Below are positions 9,401 to 20,100 of a stretch of 64,000 nucleotides of DNA, piece by piece (position 1 is the stretch's first letter; the number at the start of each line of letters is the position of its first letter). Source of the DNA: a virus. The stretch lies in IMG/VR virus record IMGVR_UViG_3300027760_000838, one strand, 5' to 3'. The position numbers and the translations under genes are program-made. Below the pieces are notes generated by a model. That model was not told where the DNA came from and ran no database searches. It saw only the letters and a list, made by a program, of their open reading frames with translations.

Positions 9401-11176
9401 TTAAACTCTTTTAATTCTTGGTCTGGGCCACATTTGGCCTTCAGTTGGCCTGAGTCTAGTATTTTCTTTAGGATACACATTGCCAGTAACTGTTCTTTCT
9501 AATTGGCAATATAAATATCGGTTGGGAGCATTACCTAACGAGTAGTAACTGCCTTGGTATTGCTCTGCATTTCCAGTCTGTGTTAATTGATCAGATTTAG
9601 AAAATGTTGAATTTAAAAAAGCCAATGCTTCTGATTGAGTTAAGTCTGGGTATACTTCTAGTAAACAAGCTAAAATTCCAGTTACTTGTGGGCAGGCCAT
9701 ACTGGTTCCGCTCATTAAAATTTTGTAGTAGCTGGAATTACGAGGATCCCTTACGCCACTACTGCTAGTATTAGCACTACTGGCTATATTACTTCCAGGA
9801 GCAAAAATGTTTACTCTTGGGCCTAAATTACTAAAATTTGATTTTCTTGGCGCTACTGTAGTATCGACAGAACCTACACTGATACATCCTTCCGCAGTGC
9901 TTATGCCGCCTCTTCTTGGGTAATAAGTAGTTGAGTTGGACATAACAATATAATCATTATAATGATCAGTATCGGTTCCTGAATAATTTTCCATAATGGA
10001 ATATTCATTACCAGCAGCAACTACTACTATAACTCCGGCATTGATCAAGTCTATTATATCAGCTTCCATTGGACTATAACGTGTGGGAAAGTATATCCCC
10101 CAATTTCCATTAACTTGAGCAACAAACATGCCAGTTCCAGTAAGAGCACCACCAGTTTTACTGCTAGGATAAGCAAAATCTACAGCATTCCAAGTGCTAG
10201 TATTGTAAACGTTTCCGGCATATCTTAAAGAAGTAATAGCACCGGCTACACTAGTTGTTGCACCAAGAACTGCTTGAGTTGGAGTAATGCTTATACTCAT
10301 GTTAACAATAGTAGGATTTTTACGTCCGGTATTAGGATTAACAGGTTTGTTAAGATGAAACTCTTTTACATAGTTAAGTATATTATTGGTATTAGGCGCA
10401 GGGCTATTACCGCTTGTTCCATAAGGATCGATACAATAGATATTGGCATCTCTAGCCCAGCCGCAGGTATTTCCTGCTGCTATACCAGCTACATTTGCTC
10501 CATGATCCCCTGATGGGCTAGAGGAATATGTATAGGTGCCTGTTGCTCCACCAGTAACATTAGGGTTATGTTGAAACCAATTATATTCTACAACTCTACT
10601 ACCGCCACTGCCATCCGAGTTAACAGCAGCTTCTGGGTGCGCAGTTTTAAAGTGATCGTCAACAATGACCACATCTACATTCTTACCGGATGCTGTGGTT
10701 GTAACAGTTCCAGAAACTACCTTAGGTACAAGTATGCCTCCGTCTGTGCCCCAATTGCCATCGTCGGCACCATCAGTACATCTTTTTAATGCCCAGTTTA
10801 AGCTGGCGGAAACTATACTTGAGTTTTTACTCCAGGCAGTAGATGTTTGTACCCAATTAGGTACTATTTTTAAACCAGCTTCTTCTAGAGTTAGAGTTAC
10901 AGCTAACACTCTAGGATCGTTTTTAATTTGTTCTACTTCTTCTGCTGTGAGCCTATAACTGGTATTTCTGCTATTAGGCATTCTTTGTTCTACTGCCACA
11001 GCACGATCTGGAACGTGTTCAGGACCGCCTAAATTTTCCATATCCTGATAAAATACATCAAGATTGTCATAATCGTGCAGAGTGATTATGTATTCTTGTC
11101 TTCCATGCTCGTCAGGTTGTTTGGGTTCGTCAGGAAGTAAATGGTTTGGTAGGTCTAAGGTTAATAACTGTTCCAT
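9401..11176 (-). CDS. Subtilisin-like S8 serine protease with N-terminal prodomain
   Basis: Triad motifs VDVVIVDD, HGANVAG and SGTSMACP; oxyanion AAGN. Confidence 0.9.
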   Translation of the reverse strand: MEQLLTLDLPNHLLPDEPKQPDEHGRQEYIITLHDYDNLDVFYQDMENLGGPEHVPDRAVAVEQRMPNSRNTSYRLTAEEVEQIKNDPRVLAVTLTLEEAGLKIVPNWVQTSTAWSKNSSIVSASLNWALKRCTDGADDGNWGTDGGILVPKVVSGTVTTTASGKNVDVVIVDDHFKTAHPEAAVNSDGSGGSRVVEYNWFQHNPNVTGGATGTYTYSSSPSGDHGANVAGIAAGNTCGWARDANIYCIDPYGTSGNSPAPNTNNILNYVKEFHLNKPVNPNTGRKNPTIVNMSISITPTQAVLGATTSVAGAITSLRYAGNVYNTSTWNAVDFAYPSSKTGGALTGTGMFVAQVNGNWGIYFPTRYSPMEADIIDLINAGVIVVVAAGNEYSIMENYSGTDTDHYNDYIVMSNSTTYYPRRGGISTAEGCISVGSVDTTVAPRKSNFSNLGPRVNIFAPGSNIASSANTSSSGVRDPRNSSYYKILMSGTSMACPQVTGILACLLEVYPDLTQSEALAFLNSTFSKSDQLTQTGNAEQYQGSYYSLGNAPNRYLYCQLERTVTGNVYPKENTRLRPTEGQMWPRPRIKRV

Positions 11177-11988
11177 TATACTTCTAATTGTAATAAGGTT
11201 AATGTTACAGTAATAGCAGCAGTACTACCACTATTATTGGTTACTCTAGCATAGATTGTAGTTCCAGGTGTGCCATCGTTGTTAAATCCTACGACTGCTG
11301 GTGTAATTAGTTGTGTTTGAGCACCAGTAGTAACTACTTCGGCAATTACGCCAGCACCAGCTAATGGATCGGAAGTTTGTGACCTGCCATTATCACTAGT
11401 TCTGGTAGTGTTATCAGTGTATAATCTTACCCATGCTGCCGCAGAAGTTTGCACTTTGTATAGTGCATAACCTTTAAATCCTGTAATATTAAGATCTGTA
11501 CTGGCGCCATTGGCAATAGAACTTGTAGTAGCGTTCGTGGTAGTCCTTGATCCTAGTCCTGTGCCACCACCGCCTCCGCCACCTGCTGGGCCTTGTACAC
11601 CTTGGCTACCTGCTCCTTGTACACCTTGAATACCTTGTCCGCCAACTGTACCTTGCACTCCAATGCCTTGAGCACCTTGAATACCTTGTGTGCCTTGACG
11701 GCCTTGGGAGCCTGTTGCTCCGTCTGCTCCTGGAGCAGCCTGTGTGCCTTGTATACCTTGGGTACCTTGACGACCTTGGCTACCTTGAGCAGCCTGTGTA
11801 CCTTGAATACCTTGACGACCTTGTGGACCTTGTGTACCCTGAGTACCTTGGCGTCCTTGTGGGCCTTGCGACCCGTCGGCTGCTTGAGTTCCTTGACGAC
11901 CTTGTACACCCTGTACTCCTTGACGACCTGTAATGCCCTGCGTACCTTGAGTACCTTGGCGGCCTTGTATTCCTTGAATATCTGCCAT
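11176..11988 (-). CDS. Collagen-like (Gly-X-Gln) fibre protein
   Basis: QGRQGTQGIQG triplets followed by a globular C-terminal domain; TATAAATA at 12007-12014. Confidence 0.85.
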   Translation of the reverse strand: MADIQGIQGRQGTQGTQGITGRQGVQGVQGRQGTQAADGSQGPQGRQGTQGTQGPQGRQGIQGTQAAQGSQGRQGTQGIQGTQAAPGADGATGSQGRQGTQGIQGAQGIGVQGTVGGQGIQGVQGAGSQGVQGPAGGGGGGGTGLGSRTTTNATTSSIANGASTDLNITGFKGYALYKVQTSAAAWVRLYTDNTTRTSDNGRSQTSDPLAGAGVIAEVVTTGAQTQLITPAVVGFNNDGTPGTTIYARVTNNSGSTAAITVTLTLLQLEV

Positions 11989-12038
11989 GATTTTTTCCTG
12001 TTTCTGTATTTATACAAAATTAATAAAGTAAATATTCA

Positions 12039-12491
12039 ATGAAGGCAGATAAGGAATATTGGACTACGCTAACATGGCCCGCAGCTCCTAACATAGACGA
12101 TTATAAGGTATTTTCCAGTTATTCTAAGGGTAGAGTGTTGCTGTTGGGCAGCACAAAAATGCTATTGCCTTTATGTACGGAAGCTTGGGATTTAGATCCA
12201 GTATACGATCATTCAAAAATATTAGTAAGAGATTGGTTTAGTTTGGATAGCCATTGGGACACAATTATAATAGATGGTGGATTAAGTTATGGGCAAGAGT
12301 TTACAGAACGTTTATTGCCCATAGTGCTAGCTCATTGTGATCGTTTTGTAAGTAGAACTTTTTTAAATCCTAACTGGCCCACAAAATACGCTGTTTATTT
12401 TCCTCGAGCTGATGAATTAACACCGCAGCCACAAGAACATCCTATTAACCAAATTTATACATTTTACATATGGAACAACAAACAATACTAG
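12039..12491 (+). CDS. Class I SAM-methyltransferase-like protein (divergent)
   Basis: VLLLGST, WDLD, DWF and DTIIIDG pattern. Confidence 0.45.
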   Translation: MKADKEYWTTLTWPAAPNIDDYKVFSSYSKGRVLLLGSTKMLLPLCTEAWDLDPVYDHSKILVRDWFSLDSHWDTIIIDGGLSYGQEFTERLLPIVLAHCDRFVSRTFLNPNWPTKYAVYFPRADELTPQPQEHPINQIYTFYIWNNKQY

Positions 12492-13063
12492 CCATGTACT
12501 CGGGCGGCTTAGATAGCCTAGGTATGACATACAAGTTACTTACAGAACCTGAATATAAGGACTACACTATTCATATACATCACGTACATCAACGTAATAT
12601 AGAAAATAGAGACAAGGCAGAAGCTATTGTGGTGTCTATGGTGTTAAAAAAACTTGAACAATTGAAATTCAGTTTCACTTATAGTGAAAGCGAAATAAGT
12701 AGTCAGCCTTACAACGGTAATTTTATGTATGACACAGACAGCATTAACTTCTTTGCTGGATATATTTGTAGTGCCAATCCCAACATAAAGAAAGTTGCCA
12801 TGGGTATGCAGGCCAGTGATCATAATCAAGTATTAGCAGAGCGTAGAGTCCGTGCCAACAAGATACTACAGGCATTTACAGATGTGGAAAAGATATATCC
12901 TGTATTGGAAATGAGCAAGCGTGAGATATATGATAGTTTGCCCATCTCGTTAAAGAATATGTTTTGGAGTTGTCGCCGTCCTGTCTATGGTGAAAAAAGT
13001 ATCGCACCTTGTTTAAAGTGCGATACTTGTGTTAAGTTGAGGGAACAGGGTGTTAGATATTAA
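12470..13063 (+). CDS. QueC-like PP-loop ATPase
   Basis: AMYSGGLDS PP-loop; WSCRRP...CLKCDTC zinc site. Confidence 0.75.
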   Translation: MEQQTILAMYSGGLDSLGMTYKLLTEPEYKDYTIHIHHVHQRNIENRDKAEAIVVSMVLKKLEQLKFSFTYSESEISSQPYNGNFMYDTDSINFFAGYICSANPNIKKVAMGMQASDHNQVLAERRVRANKILQAFTDVEKIYPVLEMSKREIYDSLPISLKNMFWSCRRPVYGEKSIAPCLKCDTCVKLREQGVRY

Positions 13064-14121
13064 TATGGATCGACGATTAGGAATACACCTGTTGATACAT
13101 TGGAATAACAAACATATTCTAAAAATGTACTTTGTCTACCACGATTAAGAACTGAATTACTTCCTGATACTGCTTGATCCGCCGCCACTCCAGTATTAAC
13201 AAGTATACTATCTGTAGTAGTATTTTGAAGAATAACTGAGCATCGTTTACCAGCAGTAATATTTGTAAATGCAATTGTGGGTGGATCTGTCGGATCTTTT
13301 ATTAATATAATTCCATCTTGACTAAAATCTATTGTTACTGTCGCCGTACCTGGTGAAGTCACTGATACAGATCTTATAGTCGAACCATATGCTACAGTGG
13401 GTGATGGACCTTGTAGTCCTTGCAAGCCTTGGCTACCTTCAGTGCCTTGTACACCTTGACCACCGTCAATACCCTGAATACCTTGGGACCCTTCAATGCC
13501 TTGTACACCTTGGCCACCGTCAATACCTTGTACACCTTGGCCACCGTCAATACCTTGTATACCTTGAGCTTCTAACCCCTGAATACCTTGGAATCCTTCA
13601 ACTCCTTGTACACCTTGGCTACCTTCAGTACCTTGTATACCTTGAGCTTCTAACCCCTGAATACCTTGGAATCCTTCAACTCCTTGTACACCTTGTGATC
13701 CTTCAACTCCTTGTACACCTTGGAAACCTTCAGTACCTTGTACACCTTGGAAACCTTCAGTACCTTGTACACCTTGGAATCCTTCAGTACCTTGTATACC
13801 TTGAGCTTCTAACCCCTGAATACCTTGGAATCCTTCAACTCCTTGTACACCTTGGAATCCTTCAACTCCTTGTACACCTTGGAAACCTTCAGTACCTTGT
13901 ACACCTTGGAATCCTTCGGTACCTTGTATACCTTGAGCTTCTAACCCCTGAATACCTTGGAATCCTTCAACTCCTTGTACACCTTGAATACCTTGTAGTC
14001 CTTGAATACCTAAATCAGATCCATTCCATTTAGTACCGTCGTATGTGTATTTTATACCGTTTGGACCAATGTATTCATACCCTACAAATAGTCCGCTATT
14101 TGGAAAATTAAGTGTGGCCAT
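13060..14121 (-). CDS. Collagen-like fibre protein
   Basis: N-terminal LNFP...YTYDGTKW, long QGVQGTEGF/QGIQGLEA repeats, small C-terminal domain. Confidence 0.85.
   Translation of the reverse strand: MATLNFPNSGLFVGYEYIGPNGIKYTYDGTKWNGSDLGIQGLQGIQGVQGVEGFQGIQGLEAQGIQGTEGFQGVQGTEGFQGVQGVEGFQGVQGVEGFQGIQGLEAQGIQGTEGFQGVQGTEGFQGVQGTEGFQGVQGVEGSQGVQGVEGFQGIQGLEAQGIQGTEGSQGVQGVEGFQGIQGLEAQGIQGIDGGQGVQGIDGGQGVQGIEGSQGIQGIDGGQGVQGTEGSQGLQGLQGPSPTVAYGSTIRSVSVTSPGTATVTIDFSQDGIILIKDPTDPPTIAFTNITAGKRCSVILQNTTTDSILVNTGVAADQAVSGSNSVLNRGRQSTFLEYVCYSNVSTGVFLIVDPY
13420..14010. repeat. Tandem DNA repeat array inside the collagen gene
   Basis: 27-nt units plus a ~65-nt block (ccttgtataccttgagcttctaacccctgaataccttggaatcc...) present four times near 13552, 13630, 13789 and 13921. 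Confidence 0.85.
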
Positions 14122-14180
14122 TATTGTATATTCCTGTTATTCATATTTGACGTACCCTATCTATTATATCAATCTCTCAA

Positions 14181-17100
14181 TTAAATTTGAGCATATCCCC
14201 AATCAACTGTTTTAGGTGAGCCACTGTTATTGGTAATACCAAATGTAAATACATTGGCAGTGGTCGTAGACACTGTTGCAGTACTAATATTGTTTAGAGT
14301 TCCAATAATTTGAGTGGGTATTGCAGTAAGCACTAACTGATTACCGTCCGCATAATACCAACCATAACTACTACCTAGTACCGGCACATTATTGTTAGTC
14401 ACAACTACTGTAGCGGTATATGAAACGATACCACTTGGAATATTACCTCTAACCCATATTGAGTAAGTACCGTTTATTGGTACTGTAAGACTTACTGTGT
14501 TAGCACCTGCAGCCAATGTCCATGAACCTGTGGTAGTGCCTAATCCACTTGGGCCTGTAGTACCTTGTATACCTTGAGCAGCTTGTGTACCCTGTATACC
14601 TTGTCTGCCTTGTATACCTTGCTGACCCTGTATACCTTGAGCAGCTTGTGTGCCCTGTATACCTTGTACACCCTGTATACCTTGGATACCTTGACGTCCC
14701 TGGATACCTTGAGCAGCTTGTGTGCCCTGTATGCCTTGTATGCCTTGGCTACCGCCTTTGGGGCTAGCATCAACCCAACTTGAATCATAGTAGAGATACA
14801 GTCTACCATTAACAGTATCATACCATAATAAATCAGTATCGGAGGGAGGAGTATCACTTTCGTAGATGCCAGGACCTTGTGGCCCAGTTATACCTTGAAT
14901 ACCTTGTGCTCCATTTCCGCCACCACCACCGCTACTAGTGCCTTGAGCGCCCTGTGCTGCTAATAAGTCCCAGTAACCAGCATTAGGCGGTGTAACAGGT
15001 GGTTGATAGCTTTGAGCTGTTGCAATATAAGTTGATCCTTCATACACTACTACGTCATTTGTAGTATAAAAATCACCAGAAACATATGTGCCTTTATAAG
15101 TGAATCCTACACCTTGTATACCTTGATTGCCTGTTATGCCTTGTACACCTTGATTGCCATCAAATCCTTGGATACCTTGGATACCTTGTGATCCACCAGC
15201 AATACCTTGTACACCTTGAATTCCTTGTAATACACTCTGACCACTGCTGTTTAGTATATCGCCGCCCGCAGGCAATGTCAGTTTGCCATCCTCATCGAAT
15301 TTCCATTCCTTGTTGTCAACGGTAAGAGTGGTTGTTGCCGCACTCAATGTGCTAGTAGGAACAGGTAGCCCACCTGTGCTATTATCCCAAGTAATCAAGT
15401 TATCAGTTGACGAATATTTTGTATCGCCACCTTGGATACAAAACCAAACCCCACCACCGATAGCTTCAATAGTAACACCATTTCCACCTGTATAAAGTGT
15501 AGCACTAGTTTTAGTATAGGTTTGATTTACTGCGGTCAGTCCAGCACCAGAAAGAGTAAGTCTTTCACCAATTGGTTCATCAGAGATTAGACTACCTGCT
15601 GGCAATATCAGTGTATCCTCGCTAAATGTCCAAAATTTGTTAGAGACAACGCCGCCACTTCCAGAATTAATTCTTATTGATTTGCCGCTGATGATAGACA
15701 CATCCCATGACAAGTCAATTTTATTAGTACCGACAGGACCGCCTACAATGCCACCATCTGGAATTGTTAATACGCCATCATCACCGAACTTCCAATCATT
15801 GCTGTTTACTGTAAGAGTGGTTGTTGCCGCACTCAATGTGCCAACTGGTGGGGTGGTGCCTGCATATGGGCCTGCAACCCAGGTCACAAGATCTGTTGAA
15901 CTAAACCATCCAGTGGCATCGTACTGGATTACCCAATCTGACCCCACCAACGACATTAACGGACCGTCCGGTAATGCTTGATATGTTGTAGTGTTTTGTT
16001 TAGTAAAAACTAGGGTGCCAGCCCAGCCACTAATATCAGTTAACTGATCTAATGTAACTGTCTCAGCGGATGGCGTATCACTCAAGATGCCACCGTTTGG
16101 TAATGTTAGTTTACCATCTGTTTCAAAACGCCATACGTGTTGATCACCGCCATTGTTATCATTTGTGCCAATCTCAACACCATAGGCAGGGTCTTGTTGA
16201 TATTGTGCAGGACGTTGACGAACATAGTTGAAGTCATCGCCAAAGAATAAATCTGTATCAGTTTCACCTCCTGGACGCATAATATGGAAATGCTGTGTGC
16301 CGCCAGGTTCTGGTAGTGCGCCAAACTCTAAGTTCCCGCGACTTGTTGTCATAGTAACAACACCATCAGTGCCTACGCTAACGGAATAAGTGTTATTACC
16401 GTCGGTGTTAGTGATTTGTGTAGGTGATTCAACTGGAGCAGCGTTTCCATACAATGAACCAGTGACAGCAACACCATCGCCATCGAAACCGCTACTACTA
16501 TTGTCGTTACCATATCCACCTTCTTCGCCACTAGTACCAATAACATCGATATTAGCACCTGTGGCAAATATACCAAAAATACCTGCTTGATAGGTTACAA
16601 CGTAGTCACCGCCGCCAAAAGCAGTTGAGTTAATTATTGGGGCGCCACTATTATAAGTAATGTTTGTTTCCAAATTAGTGTGAATAGCATTGGCGCCATC
16701 ATATTCATCATCGCCACCGTCATCAATACTATAGATTGGCCATAGTGGTTGTGTATAGGGCACTGTGCCAGTAATGGTGTATGTCTGAGCTATGCCACCG
16801 CCGTCCACACTATTGATGGTAATGGTGATGTCATTGGCAGGACTTGCTAGATAATTGTTTTGATAGTCTTGAACGGCTGTGCCAGGAATAGTAATTGTAT
16901 CACCGACTTGGTATCCACCAGGTGCCCCATTGCTGTAACTGGTCGCATCAAAGTTGTTGTTATTTGGATTCCATTCGATAGTACTGATATTGAGTCCAGC
17001 TCCAGATCCGCTGTTGACAGCCTGCCCAAAGTCCATGTAATACCTCAGAGGTTCAGTGTCAAAGAACTCAAGGCCTGTTTTTACACTAGGAATAATTGTG

Positions 17101-20100
17101 TTAAAGTTACTGAAGTTATTGTAGAATGCTGTTCTCATTGCCGACACGGTGTTTACATCACCTGCAACTCCACTGTCTAAGATAACTTCGTCAATTATAG
17201 CTTCTACAAATGTCTTCAAGTCTGCTAGAGAAGTTTGTGTGATATTATCACTGACGACAACCAACATGGCCACAACATCACTGCCGGTTAATCCTGTTAC
17301 CTGGAAGTCGTCACTGCTGGTATCTGCGTCAATGGCACTGGCAGGTGAGACTGTGGATTTGTAAATTACCAGTTTGTTGATGGGACCGTTGGGATCGTCA
17401 TTGTTGTCATACATGCTACCATAGTGTGCTCTAAAACCTTTGTATGGTGGCAGTAGTCCGTCGCCGCCTAATACGCTATTGCCGTTACTATCAACAATGT
17501 CGCCGCCCGCAGGTAATGTTAGTCTACCATCTGTGCCAAACAACCATTTCTTTTCGTTACCTGAATCTGTGGTGTTGGACCAAATGCCCACACCATACGA
17601 GCCTTCTATGCGAGTTGGGTTTGTGCCGCCATTATCGTCTTGTGGTTTTAGCACCAATCTACTTTCGCCAGACCCACCGTCCTCCCTTGTTTCAATATAA
17701 ATGTCTATGCCATTGGCCACGTCAATTGCATTATTATCAATGGTAAATGAACCTAAGTCTGTTTGATCTACCCATTCTGTGTTATAGTCAGTGCTGTCAA
17801 TTTTAGCAAGAACTTGGCCAGCACTGCCGCCTGCGGGAACACCTTCTCCTGGATCACCCTTATCACCTTTCTCACCTGGCATACCGCCACCGCCACCTAA
17901 TAATCCTGTTGTATCAGTTAGATCACTTACATCTATTGGAATAGTCGGTACATCTGTTAGGTCATTATACTTACCACTAAAGATTGGTTTGATTAAATTG
18001 AATTCAATATTTTCTAGACCACTGCCTTTGTTTTCCGACACTGTAATTGTATAGTCTGTATACTCATTATAACCAACAACTACTTGACCCGATATTGAAA
18101 CCACAGTCAGTACATTTAGACCATTTACAGGGAAACTTAATTTAAGTTTGTTGCCTTTTACTATACTATTAGCAATGGTGTCACCATCAGAATCTGTGCC
18201 AACTCTAATACTTACAATATTATTTTCATATTGAGTCCAGGCAACACCGGTCACATTTCCTGCCTCGCCAAATATAAAACCGCCTACTTCCAGTTTATTA
18301 TCAGTAATACTTAGATTTTTATCACCTAAATATAATGTATTAGCACTTAAATAAAGGTCTCTAAATCTTTTTGTAGGTGATCCAATATCATAGGTAATAT
18401 CGGTAGATGGAAGAATATGCTCACTGACTGCACCAAGATCTACATTGCCACCCCCGCCAAGTGGTATGGTAATAGTGGCAACTCCATCTACTACTGCGGT
18501 ATCGATATTGCCGGCAAAATGTAATTTGGTAAACTTATCTAATTTGTCACTGACAGGCAATGAAGTATGTATTGTGGGTCTTGATTGTATCCAACTGGTG
18601 CCATTACTTATACCAGTTACTCCATCACCGTCTCTAGCATCTTTTAATACTATAATGTCAAAAGTATTGGGAATGTTTTCATAAAATACTGCTTCCCAAA
18701 TAATGTTTGAATTTCCGCCCTCACCCCCAGTATTATTAGTGCCTTCAAATCTAATACGTAATGATCTAGTTCCTGTGGTACCGCTTACTAGAGTATAGAT
18801 TCTCTGATAACTATTATCTGCTGAACTGATAAAAATTGCTGGATGTGAATTGGCACTTCCTGGGCCACTGATATTAAATCTATTAGAACCACCGCCAAAT
18901 GTTAGATAGCTGTTACTGCCAATGTAGATTTGATCGTAGCTGACGTCGTTAAAACTTATATTGAAAGGTAATGTACCTGTGCTGATATTGGCGTCGTCTA
19001 CACTGCCATCAGCAATTTTTAACATAGCAGCTGGGCCTGCTTCTGTAGCCCAGTCGCCCTCTGTAGCAGTATAGTTGTCTACAGAAGTCATTTCAAATCT
19101 AGTTACTATATGTTTGCCTTGTAGTTGTGGTAAAACACTGTTACCATTTACGTCTACAATGTCACCACCTGCTGGTAATGTAAGATTGCTTTCTGAATCA
19201 AAATTCCACTGGATAAAGGTATATGTGCCTGTAGGTGCTGGGCCACCGCTATACCCTAACTCCCATTGAGCATTTGGACTATAAAGTTTTCCTGAATTAA
19301 CGTAAATCGAGTCACTATTAATATCTTCAGTAATTGCTGTCCAGCCGTTGTCATAGACAATATATTGTTGGTTAGTGTTATTACCATCTTTGTACCAAGT
19401 TAGTGGAGAACTATCTACTTCTAATATATAAGTGCCATTACAAGGAGCGTGATCAGCACCTGTAAGAACTATGGTACTAGGGTATACAGCTATGGAAAAG
19501 TTGTCACTCTTAAGAGCTAAATTGTCGCCTTCTATGGATAAATTGTCGCTGACTAAATGATTATCATTAGGGAATACAGTACTGCCATCTAGACCAAACA
19601 CCCATTCTCCGCCAGGTGTTTCTATGTGGGCTTGTCCGCCTTCGACCCATACATATGATGATCCAGTTAGTTCATTTTGACTTTCTATTTGGGCATAGCC
19701 ATCGACAGTTTTAATAGTGATATAATCATCACTGGAAGTGATCTCGCTACCATCTATGGTTAGATTGCCTAAATTAACCAATACACTATTGCCATCACTA
19801 TCAAGAATATCACTATCTATGGGGAGAGTTAACTTGCCATCTGCGCCAAAAGTCCAACTCTTAATAGCCTCTGGAGTTGTTTGCCCTTCTCCTAGATTAG
19901 TAGCAATAACTAAATCATTAACAGCTGATAATACTCCATTATCACTCCATTCTGAAAACGGCGCTGGAGTCTCTTCTGTAATCTGCTCAGGATCGATCCA
20001 AGCTAAACTAACATTGCCAATATTAACAACGTTTGGAACATACAACTGTCCTAAGTTATCACCAATAGTGCCTGCAAATGGTATAGTCAAATTGCCATCG

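Noticed and set aside
11547-14857. Alternative-frame and antisense ORFs over the collagen repeats (e.g. 11547-11933, 11553-12017, 11593-12042, 13389-14033, 14540-14857)
   Set aside because: Shadows of stop-poor CAAGGT repeats with low-complexity translations
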